Shown: positions 48,787 through 60,939 of the stretch, one piece after another
How positions within the stretch are numbered: position 1 is the first letter of the stretch
How the letters are laid out: each line of letters begins with the position of its first letter
NCBI RefSeq assembly: GCF_028641065.1
Contig: NC_073399.1
Location: forward strand, 18,042,001-18,106,000
Direction of reading: 5' to 3'
DNA length: 64,000 bases
DNA from: Leucoraja erinacea
Taxonomy: Eukaryota
Program-made: the position numbers and the translations under genes
Notes under the pieces: generated by a model
Seen by the model: only the letters and a program-made list of their open reading frames with translations
What the model was told of the DNA's origin: nothing
The model's database searches: none

Positions 48787-49262
48787 TTCAAAATTCGTAA
48801 TATAATGTATTTTCTCCATTCGGGAGGTTGGATTTGCAAACAATATTCCTGGAGTGATTTCACCAAGGCCCTACATAATTTCAGTAAAACATCGTTATCC
48901 TGAGACAAATCCTCTTGCAATAAACCCATTTGTATTCCTCATCGCTTACGATACCTGCATGTCAGCTTAACCAGAATAGACGACTTCACACTTTTCCATA
49001 TAATACACTCTCTGCTTCCTTCAAATTTGCACACCAGGGGAATTAGTTTTATAAAAAGCTGGAGCAGAAACAGGAACACACCAAACAGCCCTTCAATGTC
49101 AAAGATGTTCTATTTCAGTATATCCTGATACCTTTGGTGTCCAAAATTCTATTTACACGTGGAATATACTCAGTAGATTTGCGTACCGATGAGTTCTGCT
49201 GCACATTAAACATCTCAATCAGATTTAGTTGTGGCCTTGTGTGTGAATTGCAAACCTTGTAC

Positions 49263-49457
49263 CTTCATCATTGTGTACAATGCTCTCACTTTCCGTGCTT
49301 CCTCTTTAGCTTGAAGGAGACTGTAGCCGTATGGTGCTCGGACTTTACCAATTCTTTCTGAGGTTATCGTAACTAAAGGTTCTTCGACCAGTTTATCATC
49401 CTCATCAGGATCCACCGGCTTGGTAATCAGAGCAAGGATTAGGGCTTCGCACAACAC
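49263..49457 (-). CDS. pkd1b: Polycystin-1-like exon-37 equivalent
   Basis: catgtag| and AAG|gtacaa, 195 nt; PDEDDKLVEEP...KVRAPYGYSLLQAKEEARKV. Confidence 0.95.
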
Positions 49458-49789
49458 CTACATGGGATTCAATTACAGAAAATCAAATTAACTTCCTTCT
49501 TTTTGCAAATCAACATATATGGAGTTCACTGGTTAAAACAGCCAAAATGTACATGTAACCCTCTACAATCTGGGAGCTCATTCCAACTTCCTCTGCAAAC
49601 ATTGGGCAGTTCCTTACACATTTTTTGAGCTTAATATTATTCTCAAGGGAAGATGTTGACTGTAATGGAATAATTACTTTGGTTTTGGGCATTATTGGGA
49701 TTAACCATACATAGAAAAGTATAATTATTGCTGAATAATCCTCTTGACTCTCAAATGGATAAACAGGAAATAAATTCTCACCAGACGGC

Positions 49790-50140
49790 ATGGCACGGTG
49801 GTGCAGCAGTAGAGTTAGAGTTAGTTAGAGTAGAGTTAGAGCACCAGAGACCTGGATTCAATCATGACTATGGGTGCTGTCTGTACAGAGTTTGTATGTT
49901 CCCCCTGTGACTGCGTGGGTTTTCCCCGTGACCTGTTTGGGTTTTCTCCGGGTGGTTTGGTTTCTTCCCACACTCCAAAGAAGTACAGGTTTGTCGGTAA
50001 ATTGACTTCAGTAAAATTGTTACTTGTCCCTAGTGTGCGTGTGTGTGTGTGTGTGATAGTGCTAGTGTACAGGGATTGCTGGTCAGCACAGACTCGGTGG
50101 GCCGAAGGGCTTATCTCCACGTTTGTATCTCTACACTAAA
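49790..50140 (+). mobile_element. V-SINE (HE1-like) with a short (ttagag)n expansion in its head
   Basis: Match to the SINE consensus. Confidence 0.8.
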
Positions 50141-50640
50141 AAAAAAATTAATGGCTCACAAGGGAATAGTAAATTGGTCAATGCCTTGGTCAACTTATAC
50201 AAGGTAAACTGGTCACCTGTGAGCAAATTTAGCAGCTGAAGCTAATGCAACATGATAACAATGGAGGGGGTCAGTCAGGAAGGAGAGCACAGTCTAGGTG
50301 GACAATGAATTGGGAACCGATTATGCAGTTGTTCATGCAACGTCTAGAAGAATTTGCTGCCCTGTGATAATATAGATTACTCTTCAACTGTTCTAATCTC
50401 ATGATATTTGACCCAATTCTCTGCAAACTACATTGTGACCTCCCTGCACGAGGCCAACAAGCTAGATTTATTCCAGTTGAAACTTGGATTGAAAAGAACC
50501 AAACTCAGTTTAGATTGGATCACTGCTGGCAACTGACCCAAGTAACCCTTATCCACATATGCCTGAAATGAAATACCAACATAGTGGTCACACCGGTTAC
50601 TACTCAATGTTTTGGCATTTTCGGAATAGGGCGAGCTTAC

Positions 50641-50843
50641 CTTCAGAGGTTCCAGCAAGAAAAATGAGGTCAGAAAGGAGAAGGAGGCAGAAATCAGCCA
50701 CATGAGCACCACATGGTTTGGGAATAACATGCCATAGGAGATAGTCAGACTGATACATGCAGCAATGAGCATAAAGCACAGGAGGTACGTTACATAGAGG
50801 ACTGAATGAGGGAAGAGCCATTTCCTTGGGCTCTTGGAGATTC
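50641..50843 (-). CDS. pkd1b: Polycystin-1-like exon-36 equivalent (TM4-TM5)
   Basis: tcttacag| and AAG|gtaagc, 203 nt; WLISASFSFLTSFFLLEPLK. Confidence 0.95.
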
Positions 50844-52357
50844 CTGTAAGAAATAATGAACAAGACATCGGGACTTTGTATTAGAGCCAGTTTGTACAGT
50901 TAAACCTACAATTAATAGTGCATTCTCAATGATCCCATCCATTTAATGCAGCCAATGATGCAAAATACACTGCTGGTGGCTAATTAGGATAAACTCTCCG
51001 AATCCACAGAGGAACAGAATGTGTGTTTGAGGATGAATTCTCCATGCTGCAATGCACAGAACAAGCATTGTATACATGATTGCCCAGACTGTGAGGGGGT
51101 GCGATGTTGAGAGCAGCAATTCTGTCTATGGGACACTGCTAGTTCAAACAAAACCTGGGGCCTTTGACTGTCACCCAGTGTCTGCTACATCTTGGGGACA
51201 ACATCCTGGAATGCTTCTTGGTGAGGTACCCCTATCGTTCACCAACAACTTTGGAGTCATTATTATAGCCTCACTGGGGATAGTCACTTGAGTGTGTCTC
51301 TACTTGCACATCAAACCAAGTTTGCAGCAGAATTATCTCTCTCCACACCTTTACAAGCACTAAACAATAACTAGGTAAAAATATAGCTAAATTTCCCACA
51401 CAACACAGATAAATCAGGCGGAGAATGGCAGTGACATCTTTATTTGTAGCTGTCGTGGAACAATAGTTGGACTTGGATCCTGCTCTTGATTTCTGATCAG
51501 TGTGAGTAGTTATGTGTGCATCCAGATATTGAATGTAGCTGGACTGTGATCCTATCCAGGTTTGAACATGCTGTTAGCACATTCTCAAGGCACCCATGTG
51601 AAGAATAGCAAGTGCATATGGCAAGTGACAGTGGAAAGAATTAAAAGGTAAATATATCACAGGGGATTGGGCAAGGGTTTGTAAACTCAGACTCTGCAGT
51701 GACTGACTGGTCTGTTTAGTGGGATTTTGCTACACTGACAAGATAACTCTCAGCTATTCCAGTTTAGGACCAATACTTGGGGGAAGCATCTTTGAGGTGA
51801 ACCAAATCTGTCTGTTGGCATGGACCAACACACATGCCCTCTCAATTCACAAACAAAAACATTATTATAAACCCGTAATAAAACGTGGGTAATTGAAATG
51901 TGGTAACACAGCAAGGTCACTGTGAAACATTAACCTACGTTTGCTCAATCCAACCTGACTGCAGCATCTCCAGTTTTTAATCAGTACAGAATTATTATTT
52001 TGCGATTAAAATGCCTTTTAATAAGAGGATGCAGGTGCTAAATTTGGTATTGCCAGATCATGCTTCATAAGATAATAAGACATAGGAAACAGAGTTTGTA
52101 CGTTCTCCCCAAGACCTGCGTGGGTTTTTTCTGGGTGCTCTGGTTTCCTCCCACACACCAAAGACATACAGGTTTGTAGGTTAGTTGGCTTTTTACAATT
52201 ACAAATTGTCTCCAGTGTGTAGGACAATGTTAATGTGCAGGGATTGCTGCATCGGCACAGACTCGGTGGGCCAAAGGGCCTGTTTTCGCACTGTATCACT
52301 AAACTAAAGTAGTAAATACTAAAAGTGCTTTGGGTGGGTAGGTGTAAGCTCCCTCAC

Positions 52358-52509
52358 CAATGCGAGTGGATGAGGCAGAGCCCCGTGTGATGGTAGCCTC
52401 CAAGCTAGTCAGGAAGCTGCTGGCCATTCCTCTTGATGAAATGAACGAAGGCGACTGATGCGGCTTCCTCTCTCCACAGTCAGACCAGGTACCGAGAGAG
52501 CTGTCCAAA
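52358..52509 (-). CDS. pkd1b: Polycystin-1-like exon-35 equivalent
   Basis: tgctgtag| and G|gtgagg, 152 nt, phase 2-1, open; ends STRIG (PKD1 LSRTG). Confidence 0.8.
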
Positions 52510-53201
52510 CTACAGCAAAGTAAAAGACAGGCCACATTACCAAACATTGATACCCATGAACTTATCAACACTGCCATTGATCTACGCTGGCCCTGTCACC
52601 AATGCTACTCCAAATTCCTCTCGGAACCTCATTCAAGTGACATATGTTGGTTCACCTCAGTAAAATACAGCATTGGAATGCAAGGCTCTGTTTCTTCATC
52701 CCATACCCCTGGTGTGTTCTACTGATCAGGCAGAAGATGAGTCATGCATGTTAATAGTAGATGGCAATCTGTCTCTTAAAATAAATTCTTGCCTGTGTTC
52801 ACCTATTACTGACCATGCTTTGTCCTGCCCCTCATCTCTTCCAGCTTTCTTTCCCACCCTCGCTGCAATTAGTCTGAAGAAGGGTCCCAACCTGAAATAT
52901 CACCTATCCATGTTCCCCAGAGACGCTGCCTAATCTGCTGAGTTACTCCAGCATTTTGTGTCTTTCTTTGGTAAACCAGCATCTGCTGTTCCTAGTTATT
53001 GTTCAAAGAAGAGCACTTGGGCCTTGTAACCTCCTGACTGGGTTAAACTGTTGATTAAGTTAGTTGCAACAATAGTGGCTGTTTTTGAAAGGTAAACCAT
53101 GTTGAATGACAGAGCAGGTGAGAGAGACCAAATGGTAGATCCAAGCTTCTATTATCAATACAACTTCACTGATCAAAGTGCTGATGATGAGCTATACGTA
53201 C

Positions 53202-53322
53202 TTCTCAGAGACAAGGTCTATCTCTGTCCTTGGAGAGAAATGTCCACTGTCAGAAGTCACCTGGTCTGATGACTTGTCGTTATAGATTGCCTCTGCTGCA
53301 ATGTTCAGCATGAGATCTTCAT
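53202..53322 (-). CDS. pkd1b: Polycystin-1-like exon-34 equivalent (D-EDLMLNIAAE...EIDLVSE)
   Basis: ttcccag| and AA|gtacgt, 121 nt, phase 1-2; aligns with DEDLIQQVLAE...METDLLS. Confidence 0.85.
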
Positions 53323-54448
53323 CTGGGAATGAAACATAAGAATCACTAAACTGGGGCATAATTGCACTGCAAGATAACATGGACTAATTCATGTCAGGGT
53401 GAACAGAGGTTGCTCATATGGCCCATGCTCCTGATGATCGGGAAAACAAGTGGTGAATGTACTTTTGTTGTAGTCCTAATCGGGGCAAGGATTCCCACTG
53501 GTATTTTGGGAAGTGAAGGCAGTGTTGGATTGATTTCTCTATCACGTATAGGCGTCACAGGGACGTGGGTTCGATCCTGACCGCAGGTGCTGTCTGTGTA
53601 GAGTTCATTCGTTCTCCCTGTGACCACGTGGGTTTTCTCCGGATGCTCCGGTTTTCTCCCACATTACAAAGACGTGCGGATTTGTAGCTTGAATTAGCTT
53701 CTGTAAATTGCCCCTTGTGTGTAGGAAAGAACCAGTGCATGGGCGATCATGGTCAGGGTGGACTCGGTGGGCCAAAGGGCCTGTTTCCACACTATATCTG
53801 TAAACTGCACTAAACTAAACTAAAATGTGGCAGTATACACAAAATTGCATGCTTTTTTTTTAATGGCTTTCTTAATGTGATAAAGTGTCCATGGTGTTAT
53901 CAGCCCAAAAGATGAGGTAGACGAGTAGGATACCAGAAAACAAAGATTTTAAAAAGGATCTTAACAGCGATAGAAATACAGGAAGGTTTAGTGAAGGAAA
54001 TCCAAAGCTAAGGCGCCCCTGGTTCATCAGCATCTCTCGGGATGGATGATGACCTGGTTCCACTCTAGTTCTAGGCTGATAGAACCTGATGACTTGGCTG
54101 CAGGTGGAGTGGGAGAGTGGGCAGTTTAAGGCATGGGCTTCCATCCACTGCTGGTGAATGGATTGAAAGTTCCCCATGGCAAGCCCAATGCTCGTTCTCT
54201 ACGTTGAGTTATTATGGGATAGGCTCTCCCATTGGGAATCTGTTTCCAAACAGGTTTTAAGGGAGGGGGGGGGTGGAAGAAGGGGAGTCAGTCTACCCCA
54301 CGACAGAAGGGGCAGTAGTTGTATAGTTTGATAGCCACAGGGAAATACAGCCCACAACCTCCCAGAGATGAGGACTCACTCCCTCTGCCTCTCAGCCATC
54401 CACCAATGCCAACGATCCCAATTATCGAACAAGATAACTTTCACTTAC

Positions 54449-54669
54449 CTGATGCTGTCAGTTGATGGTGCTTCAAACTCCTGCTGTCAAAGGAGTCTGA
54501 AATGGAAAAGGAGAGTGAATCTTCATCTGAAGATGAAAAGGCCTTACTCCCCCTTTTCATCAAAGGTTTCTTCCTCTTCAATACTTTATTCTGACTTAGG
54601 AAGGAATCCTGGTTCAAGAGATCGGGGATGTTGAAAAGACTGTCATACGATGGCCAACTGTTCAAAAGG
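54449..54669 (-). CDS. pkd1b: Polycystin-1-like exon-33 equivalent
   Basis: aactgtag| and G|gtaagt, 221 nt, phase 2-1; WPSYDSLFNIPDLL aligns with WPSGEGTLSWPDLL. Confidence 0.88.
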
Positions 54670-55776
54670 CTACAGTTTTGAAGAAGGAGAGAGAGCAGAG
54701 CACTCACTGAAACAGTGGCATATAATTCATACAGTCCAGCAACAGTTGCAGCTGATACTCAGTTTTAAGGAGGGATACAATCCACACATTTCTGAATTAC
54801 ATTTATAGCATCTTCCTCATCTTTCAGTTATCCAAAAGCCATTAATATGATTATAAAAGATGATAGTATCCATTATTTGTACAGTGAGGTCACACAAACA
54901 GAAATACGAGAAGACTGCATTGAGTGAGTAAGAAGGAACTACAGATGCTGGTTTACACCAAGGATAGATACAAAATGCTGGAGTAATTCAGTGGGTCAGG
55001 CAGCATCCCAGCAGCCCGAGATGCTGCCTGACCTGCTGAGTTACTCCAGCATTTTGTGTCTATCTTCACTGTATTGAGTGAGGTTAGTTTGGGGGTTAAT
55101 GGTTTGAAATGTATTCATTTTATGGGATCTGATCATGGTTGATGAGCTAACATTTATCACCCAACCTCAATTGACTGAAGAAGGGTCCTGAACCAAAACG
55201 CCACCCATCCTTTTTCACTAGAGATGCTGCCTGACCCGCTGAGGTACTCCAGCCTTTGTGTCTATCTTTGGTATTAATCAGCATCTGCAGTTCTTTGTTT
55301 CTACTCTCAATTATCCTATTCTGCTGTTGCACTCAGATTGGGCGCAACACCTTTGAACATGTTTCAGTGGTTATGGAAAGAAGGCAGGAGAATAGGGTTA
55401 GGAGAGATATATTTGCCAGGATTGAATGGCGGAGTAGACTTGATGGGTCGAGTGGCGTAATTCTACTCCTGATCTGATCTTCTGAACATCTCACTTGTGG
55501 CTGAGGTCAGGCCCACAGTGTGAAACAGCTACTTGCTCATCAATGCCATTGCAACATCCTCAACCAATACATGGAGGTAGAAATTCAGCATTCACTCATT
55601 GGCCAAATGCCAACTGCCCTTCCATCCCCCTGGAACACTCTAGGTGAAGTGTAATATCCCCAAGTCCTGCCTAGTTCAGAACAGGATGGAAACCTAGAGC
55701 TGTCTTTCCTTTGCCTATTTTGTCAGCATGCGGAGGAAATACAAGGTAATTGTTGAAGAAAGAAAAGTGTCTGTAC

Positions 55777-55841
55777 CTTTCACTGACCAGCTGCTGAGCA
55801 AATCCAACGTCAGGTTCCGTCTGTTTACTCCCGAGAGATTC
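55777..55841 (-). CDS. pkd1b: Polycystin-1-like exon-32 equivalent (ESLGSKQTEPDVGFAQQLVSE)
   Basis: tctgggcag| and AG|gtacag, 65 nt; phase 0-2 is needed to join its neighbours; low sequence similarity. Confidence 0.65.
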
Positions 55842-56265
55842 CTGCCCAGATACAAAGGAACAAAGTAATTGTGCCTCATCAGGGAATAAACAAGATTTAA
55901 CACACACTGCAGGTATTTGATACAACTTGCTGCACCAGAGCAAGGATTCATCAGTTGGTTACCGAGCATAATAGATCATTTATCGTATATTTATTTGTTG
56001 TATTGTTGCATTTATTGTGCCTGTAAAGCAGTAGCAAGTAAAAAAAATATTGTTCCAGTTCTAGTACCCATGACAATGAAAGATTCTTGACTTTTTACTC
56101 ATTAACAAAACCACTGTAAAATATCTATGGTTTAATTTTGTGTAACACCCACACCCTTTGATTTGATTCCAGTCGGTTATTAATTTCTGAGTATCTATTA
56201 TTCCATCTATAAATGACCTAACCTTTCAAGTAAATTATAGCTTGTAACTCATTGCTGTATAAAGT

Positions 56266-56570
56266 GGGCGGCACCGTGGCCCAGCGGTAGAGTTGCTGCC
56301 TTACAGCCCCACAGACCCAGGTTTGATCCTTACTATGGATGCTGTCTGTACTGAGTTAGTACATTCTCCCCATGACTTGTGTGGGTTTTCTCTGTGAGCT
56401 TCGGTTTCCTCCCTCACTCTAAAGACGTACAGGTCTATAGGCCAATTGGCCTGGTTAAAATATAACTTGTCCATAGTGTGTGTAGGATAGTGTTGGCGTG
56501 CAGGGATCACTGATCAGCATGGACTCGGCAGGCCATAGGGCCTGTTCTCGTACTGTATCTCTAAACTCCT
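56266..56570 (+). mobile_element. V-SINE (HE1-like), full length
   Basis: gggcggcaccgtggcccagcggtagag head. Confidence 0.85.
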
Positions 56571-56819
56571 CAATTATTTGAAGAAGGTCTTCCTCAATGC
56601 CTTTGTTAATGTTTATCCTTTAAATGGCTTCATTAAAATAGATGTGTTGACGTTTGTAGGCCCTTATCATGCATGAATCAGCTGTTGGTTTCCTGACAAT
56701 GTCACAGCATTTCGACAGTGTTTGAATCTTGAAGGCACTCTGTAAAGGCAAGTTCATTCTCTTAACTGACCTGCTTACCCAGAACAGCTTCATACTTACA
56801 CAATTCCCTTTACACTTAC

Positions 56820-56969
56820 ACAACTCTCTGAGCTTTCATCCACAATGGAATCCAGGCCCGTGGGGATGGAGAGGAAAGAGGAGCGACCAAGCTCAGATGG
56901 GTCCAGGTACACATCCATTTCCACAGACTGTGTCTCCTTGGTGGACGGCTCTGGGTTATCCACAGTGAC
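56820..56969 (-). CDS. pkd1b: Polycystin-1-like exon-31 equivalent
   Basis: atcgcag| and TGT|gtaagt, 150 nt; QSVEMDVYLDPSELGRSSFL aligns with QVLDIDSCLDSSVLDSSFL. Confidence 0.88.
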
Positions 56970-57887
56970 CTGCGATAGAGTGTCAAAGTCACCATTGGTG
57001 GCTGCCATCGTCAATAGCTGGGTCGGGTTACTGCGAGCAGTAGGCTGACAGTTTTTGCATTCAGGGTACTGCTGGAGTGCCACAGGAGTGGGGAAGTGAA
57101 GGTGATGTTATACTTGCTGAATAATTAATGTATGGATTCCAGTCCAGTTAGAATCCTGTTTGAGTCCTCCTTCCTGACTGCAAACACCTCCTTTGTTGCT
57201 GTGTGACCTCTTAGCATGTCTGGTCATTGCTTGACCAAGGATGACCCATGGTTTTGGCCATAGGCAGAAAGAAGCCACTTCAGGCTTTGAGTAAGCCTCA
57301 ACACATTGTGCGCTGGCCAAGTACCACGTGACACCCAGATGCTGCTGAGCCTGGATGTGTCCAAGTTCTCTTCCAGTTGCAGCCAAAAAGGGAACCACGA
57401 TTGGGCAACTGGGCATTACTGACAGTGATGTGTCAATATTCAACTCTGTCCTGGGCATGCGGGCCGGGCCGCAGGATTCAAAGTCATGATGGCCGAACAG
57501 GTCTTTACTCCTTGCACCCATTACTATTACAACTGGGAACAGCGGAATAGAATAGACTTCGATTCTAACATCAACAACCGCTGATCAGCTTGACAACTCC
57601 AACTGTCTCAGCTGATTGGAATACAACTTGATTTCTTGAGTGAGACCAAACTTAATATCATAGAATGTGGACACCAATCCAAATAACAAGAAGTCATAAT
57701 CACAACATTAAGGAAGGGATGAAAAACCCAGCCTCATAGGCCCTAACAGCTGAGAAATAAGGACAACAAGAAACAAAAAGCAAGGAAAGTTTGCAATGGG
57801 ATCAATATTACATATAAGTAACACTGGCATGTATGGGAATAAACTGCTCCCCCCCGTGCCCTCACGCTGCAGTGATGCCAACCTTAC

Positions 57888-58011
57888 CTTGCTACGGGTT
57901 CTTCTGAAGAGGAACGTGAAGAAGAGATGGACGGGGAATACAACACCAGCCAGAACAATGCCGACTGCCACCGTCTCACCTGTGACAGTGGCCAGGTATG
58001 CCACAGGAAGT
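57888..58011 (-). CDS. pkd1b: Polycystin-1-like exon-30 equivalent (TM3)
   Basis: gtgaacag| and AAG|gtaagg, 124 nt; ETVAVGIVLAGVVFPVHLFFTFLFRRTRSK. Confidence 0.95.
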
Positions 58012-58099
58012 CTGTTCACAAGACAACATTTGTTAAGTAGTTTCTCAACTTTAGCACAATAAGAATTCTTGTTTCCCCATTGTTGGAGGATGGGGCGAG

Positions 58100-58465
58100 G
58101 GATTTATAAAAGGACTGGACAAGCTAGATGCAGGAAAAATGTTCCCAATGTTGGGCGAGTTCAGAACCAGGGGCCACAGTCTTAGAATAAAGGGGAGGTC
58201 ATTTAAGACTGAGGTGAGAAAAAACGTTTTCACCCAGAGAGTTGTGAATTTATGGAATTCCCTGCCACAGAGGGCAGTGGAGGCCACATCACTGGATGGA
58301 TTTAAGAGAGAGTTAGATAGAGCTTTAGGGGCTAGTGGAATCAAGGGATATGGGGAGAAGCCAGGCATGGGTTATTGATTGGGGACGATCAGCCATGATC
58401 ACAATGAATGGCAGTGCTGGCTCGAAGGGCCGAATGGACTCCTCCTGCACCTATTTTCTATTTCT
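58100..58465 (+). mobile_element. CR1/HER1 3' fragment
   Basis: MFPMLGEFRTRGHSLRIKG...NLWNSLPQ. Confidence 0.88.
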
Positions 58466-58707
58466 GCAGGCGTTGACTTTGTCTACTACACTGTTGCATT
58501 CAGCAGGGTAAAAATCCAGCCTTGGCACTGGAGAGGGGTCAGTACATAATTACACATCCATGTACAGAGCACAAGCCACAGGGCACTGATTCCCTAACCC
58601 AGACGCTCTTGACCAGCATCTAGAGGTATTGGCTCAGACATGAACAGACTGATAGGGCCACAAGTCTGGGGGTTTGCAACTGGGTATGTTATTGACAGGG
58701 TACAGAC

Positions 58708-58918
58708 CTTCTGCTTTTGGTTCCGACAGCTCCGTACCACACCGCCCCCACGGTAAAGAACAAGTACATGAGGAGGGTGCAGCAAGTGACTCGCTGGACT
58801 CGAGTGAAGTGGCTCCGCGGCAGGCGATCCCAGACCGAGAGCCAGATGTGCTTCTCGGACACGCCACGCTTCAATTGTGAAGTAAAGATGCGGGAGAAAC
58901 GGCGCAACTCCTGCGGGC
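58708..58918 (-). CDS. pkd1b: Polycystin-1-like exon-29 equivalent (TM2)
   Basis: gtcaccag| and AG|gtctgt, 211 nt; KHIWLSVWDRLPRSHFTRVQRVTCC...AVWYGAVG. Confidence 0.96.
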
Positions 58919-59272
58919 CTGGTGACCAAAGAACAAGGTGGTGTGAGCCAGCATCGCCCATTCCCCTTCTGCCAGTGAACTCCTGCTAAAGCACGTCTCT
59001 GTTTCACAGTCAAACTAGCCACCCAGTTAGCACCCAATGGAGTCCCACAAACAGCAATAAAGACAGAGCATGGAAACAGGCCCTTCAGCCCAACTCGTCC
59101 ATGCCATCAAAGATTCCCATCTATGCTAGTCCCATAACCCCTCACACCCTTACTAAGAAGCTGTCATTCACCGCCTTAAAAATATCTATTGACTTGGCCT
59201 CCACAGCCGTCCGTGGCAATGAATTCCACAGATTCACTATCCTCTGCCTAAAGAAATTCCAGATGTACTTAC

Positions 59273-59416
59273 ATGCTGCCAACACATCCTTCTCCACCAT
59301 CCCTTCATTCTTCTCATTCTCTACAGAGAGCCAGTCCTGAGCTAGGAAGTAGTATATCCTGTCCGTCTGCTTGTCCCAGACGGCCACGTGCTCCAGATAC
59401 CACGAAGGGTCTAAGC
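59273..59416 (-). CDS. pkd1b: Polycystin-1-like exon-28 equivalent (PLAT C-half)
   Basis: cgtgcag| and T|gtaagt, 144 nt; GLDPSWYLEHV...DWLSVE. Confidence 0.96.
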
Positions 59417-59743
59417 CTGCACGGAACACCAATGTTAAAACAAGGAATCAAATCAACCAAAGCCAATTAACCTACAAGCCTGTACGTGTTTGGAGTGTGG
59501 AAGGCAACCGGAGATCCCTTGGAAAACCCACGCAGGTCACGGGGAGAACATACAAACACCGTACACACACACGGACCCGTAGTCAGGATGGAACCTCGGT
59601 CCCTGATGCTGTAAGGCAGCAACTCGACCACTGGGTCTGCACAGTCTCCATTGTGAAGTTCTGAAGTTAGGTGCTGAACCAAACATGTCCAAGTAGGCGT
59701 CACTGCGATGCTGCCTCGTGCCAGCTTGCTTCTTCACACCTAC

Positions 59744-59911
59744 CTGTGTTGTCGTGCCAGATTCGGATTTTCCAGATCTCGCCCAGGTTGGCATCCGTCT
59801 CCACCTGAAAAACATCCAGGCCGTTCCTTTGGAACGCACCTTCTTTGTCCAGGTGACGGGACCCACTCTTGTTCAATCCATACAGACTGATGCCTACGTG
59901 AGCCGTGGTAC
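59744..59911 (-). CDS. pkd1b: Polycystin-1-like exon-27 equivalent (PLAT N-half)
   Basis: ttcctgcag| and G|gtaggt, 168 nt; GTTAHVGISLYG...LGEIWKIRIWHDN. Confidence 0.96.
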
Positions 59912-60292
59912 CTGCAGGAAAGGAAGGACTTTCACATAAGACTTGGGGAAGTTCCAAAGTAAATGCAGGAAACAGGATTGCTGCCAACAGCAACCCCTTC
60001 CAATAACCATATGATATTGCAGAGAATTTAGTGTTGTTGATTGGGGAATAGATACTGGCCAGCCCATCAGGAGGAACCTTTCTGCTCTTAGAAGTAGTGC
60101 CAGGAGATCTTGTTTAGTTTAGTTTAGTTTAGTTTATAGATACAGTGTGGAAACAGACCCCCTTTCCACCGAGTCCACACTGGCCTACAATCACCTGTAC
60201 ATTAACTCCATTCTGCACACTAGGGACAATTTACAGAAATTAGAAATCAACGTTCATGTAATCGGCCCAAACTAAATATGAGGTGCTCTTAC

Positions 60293-60488
60293 CCGAGTTC
60301 CTGTACCAGCCAGTTTTCACCATTACTTCATGCTTGTAGCGACCATGCTGCCCACAGAGAGGGATGATACCGACACGGTTGATGTCAATGTAGTCCAGCT
60401 TGTGGGCAATGAGAGCCACCATGATGTAAAGAGCAAAGACCAAGGCACATGTGATTGCAACTATCGAGTTCCGCACTGGACTGTTCAC
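60293..60488 (-). CDS. pkd1b: Polycystin-1-like exon-26 equivalent (TM1 and start of PLAT)
   Basis: tttgcag| and G|gtaaga, 196 nt; HKLDYID...IPLCGQHGRYKHEVMVKTGW. Confidence 0.96.
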
Positions 60489-60939
60489 CTGCAAAGGAAT
60501 CACAGCTGAATCACATGGGAGGCGCTGAAGCTTCGCGGAGACGGTCAGAGGGTCCCTACAAATGCTCGCGCATTATCAGCAGGTTTCCAACAATGAGAAC
60601 AGAAAGGCAGAAACTTCAACCCATGCTGATCTTATCATCCAAATTTTGACGACCAACCACCTGCACTCTGGGGCTAGACGGTAGACGGTAAATGGACAAC
60701 CTGCGCACATAAAAATACTTACGCCTCTCCTCAACCCAATTTTCCCCAGGGAAGTAGCTGGATAAACTAAATTGGAAGAGTTTATATTAAATTAATAGCA
60801 GGACATGTGACACCATAATGTGATAAAAACAAATGAAGATGCACTAAGAATTAGGAGTGTTAGATTGTACTGAGAAGTGAGAGCAGTACTAAGAATGCGA
60901 ACAGGCTAAAGCAGACTATGCCAAATACAATAACCGGTT

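Noticed and set aside
1897-59635. tRNA-like A/B boxes at many sites
   Set aside because: All are heads of V-SINE copies, not tRNA genes
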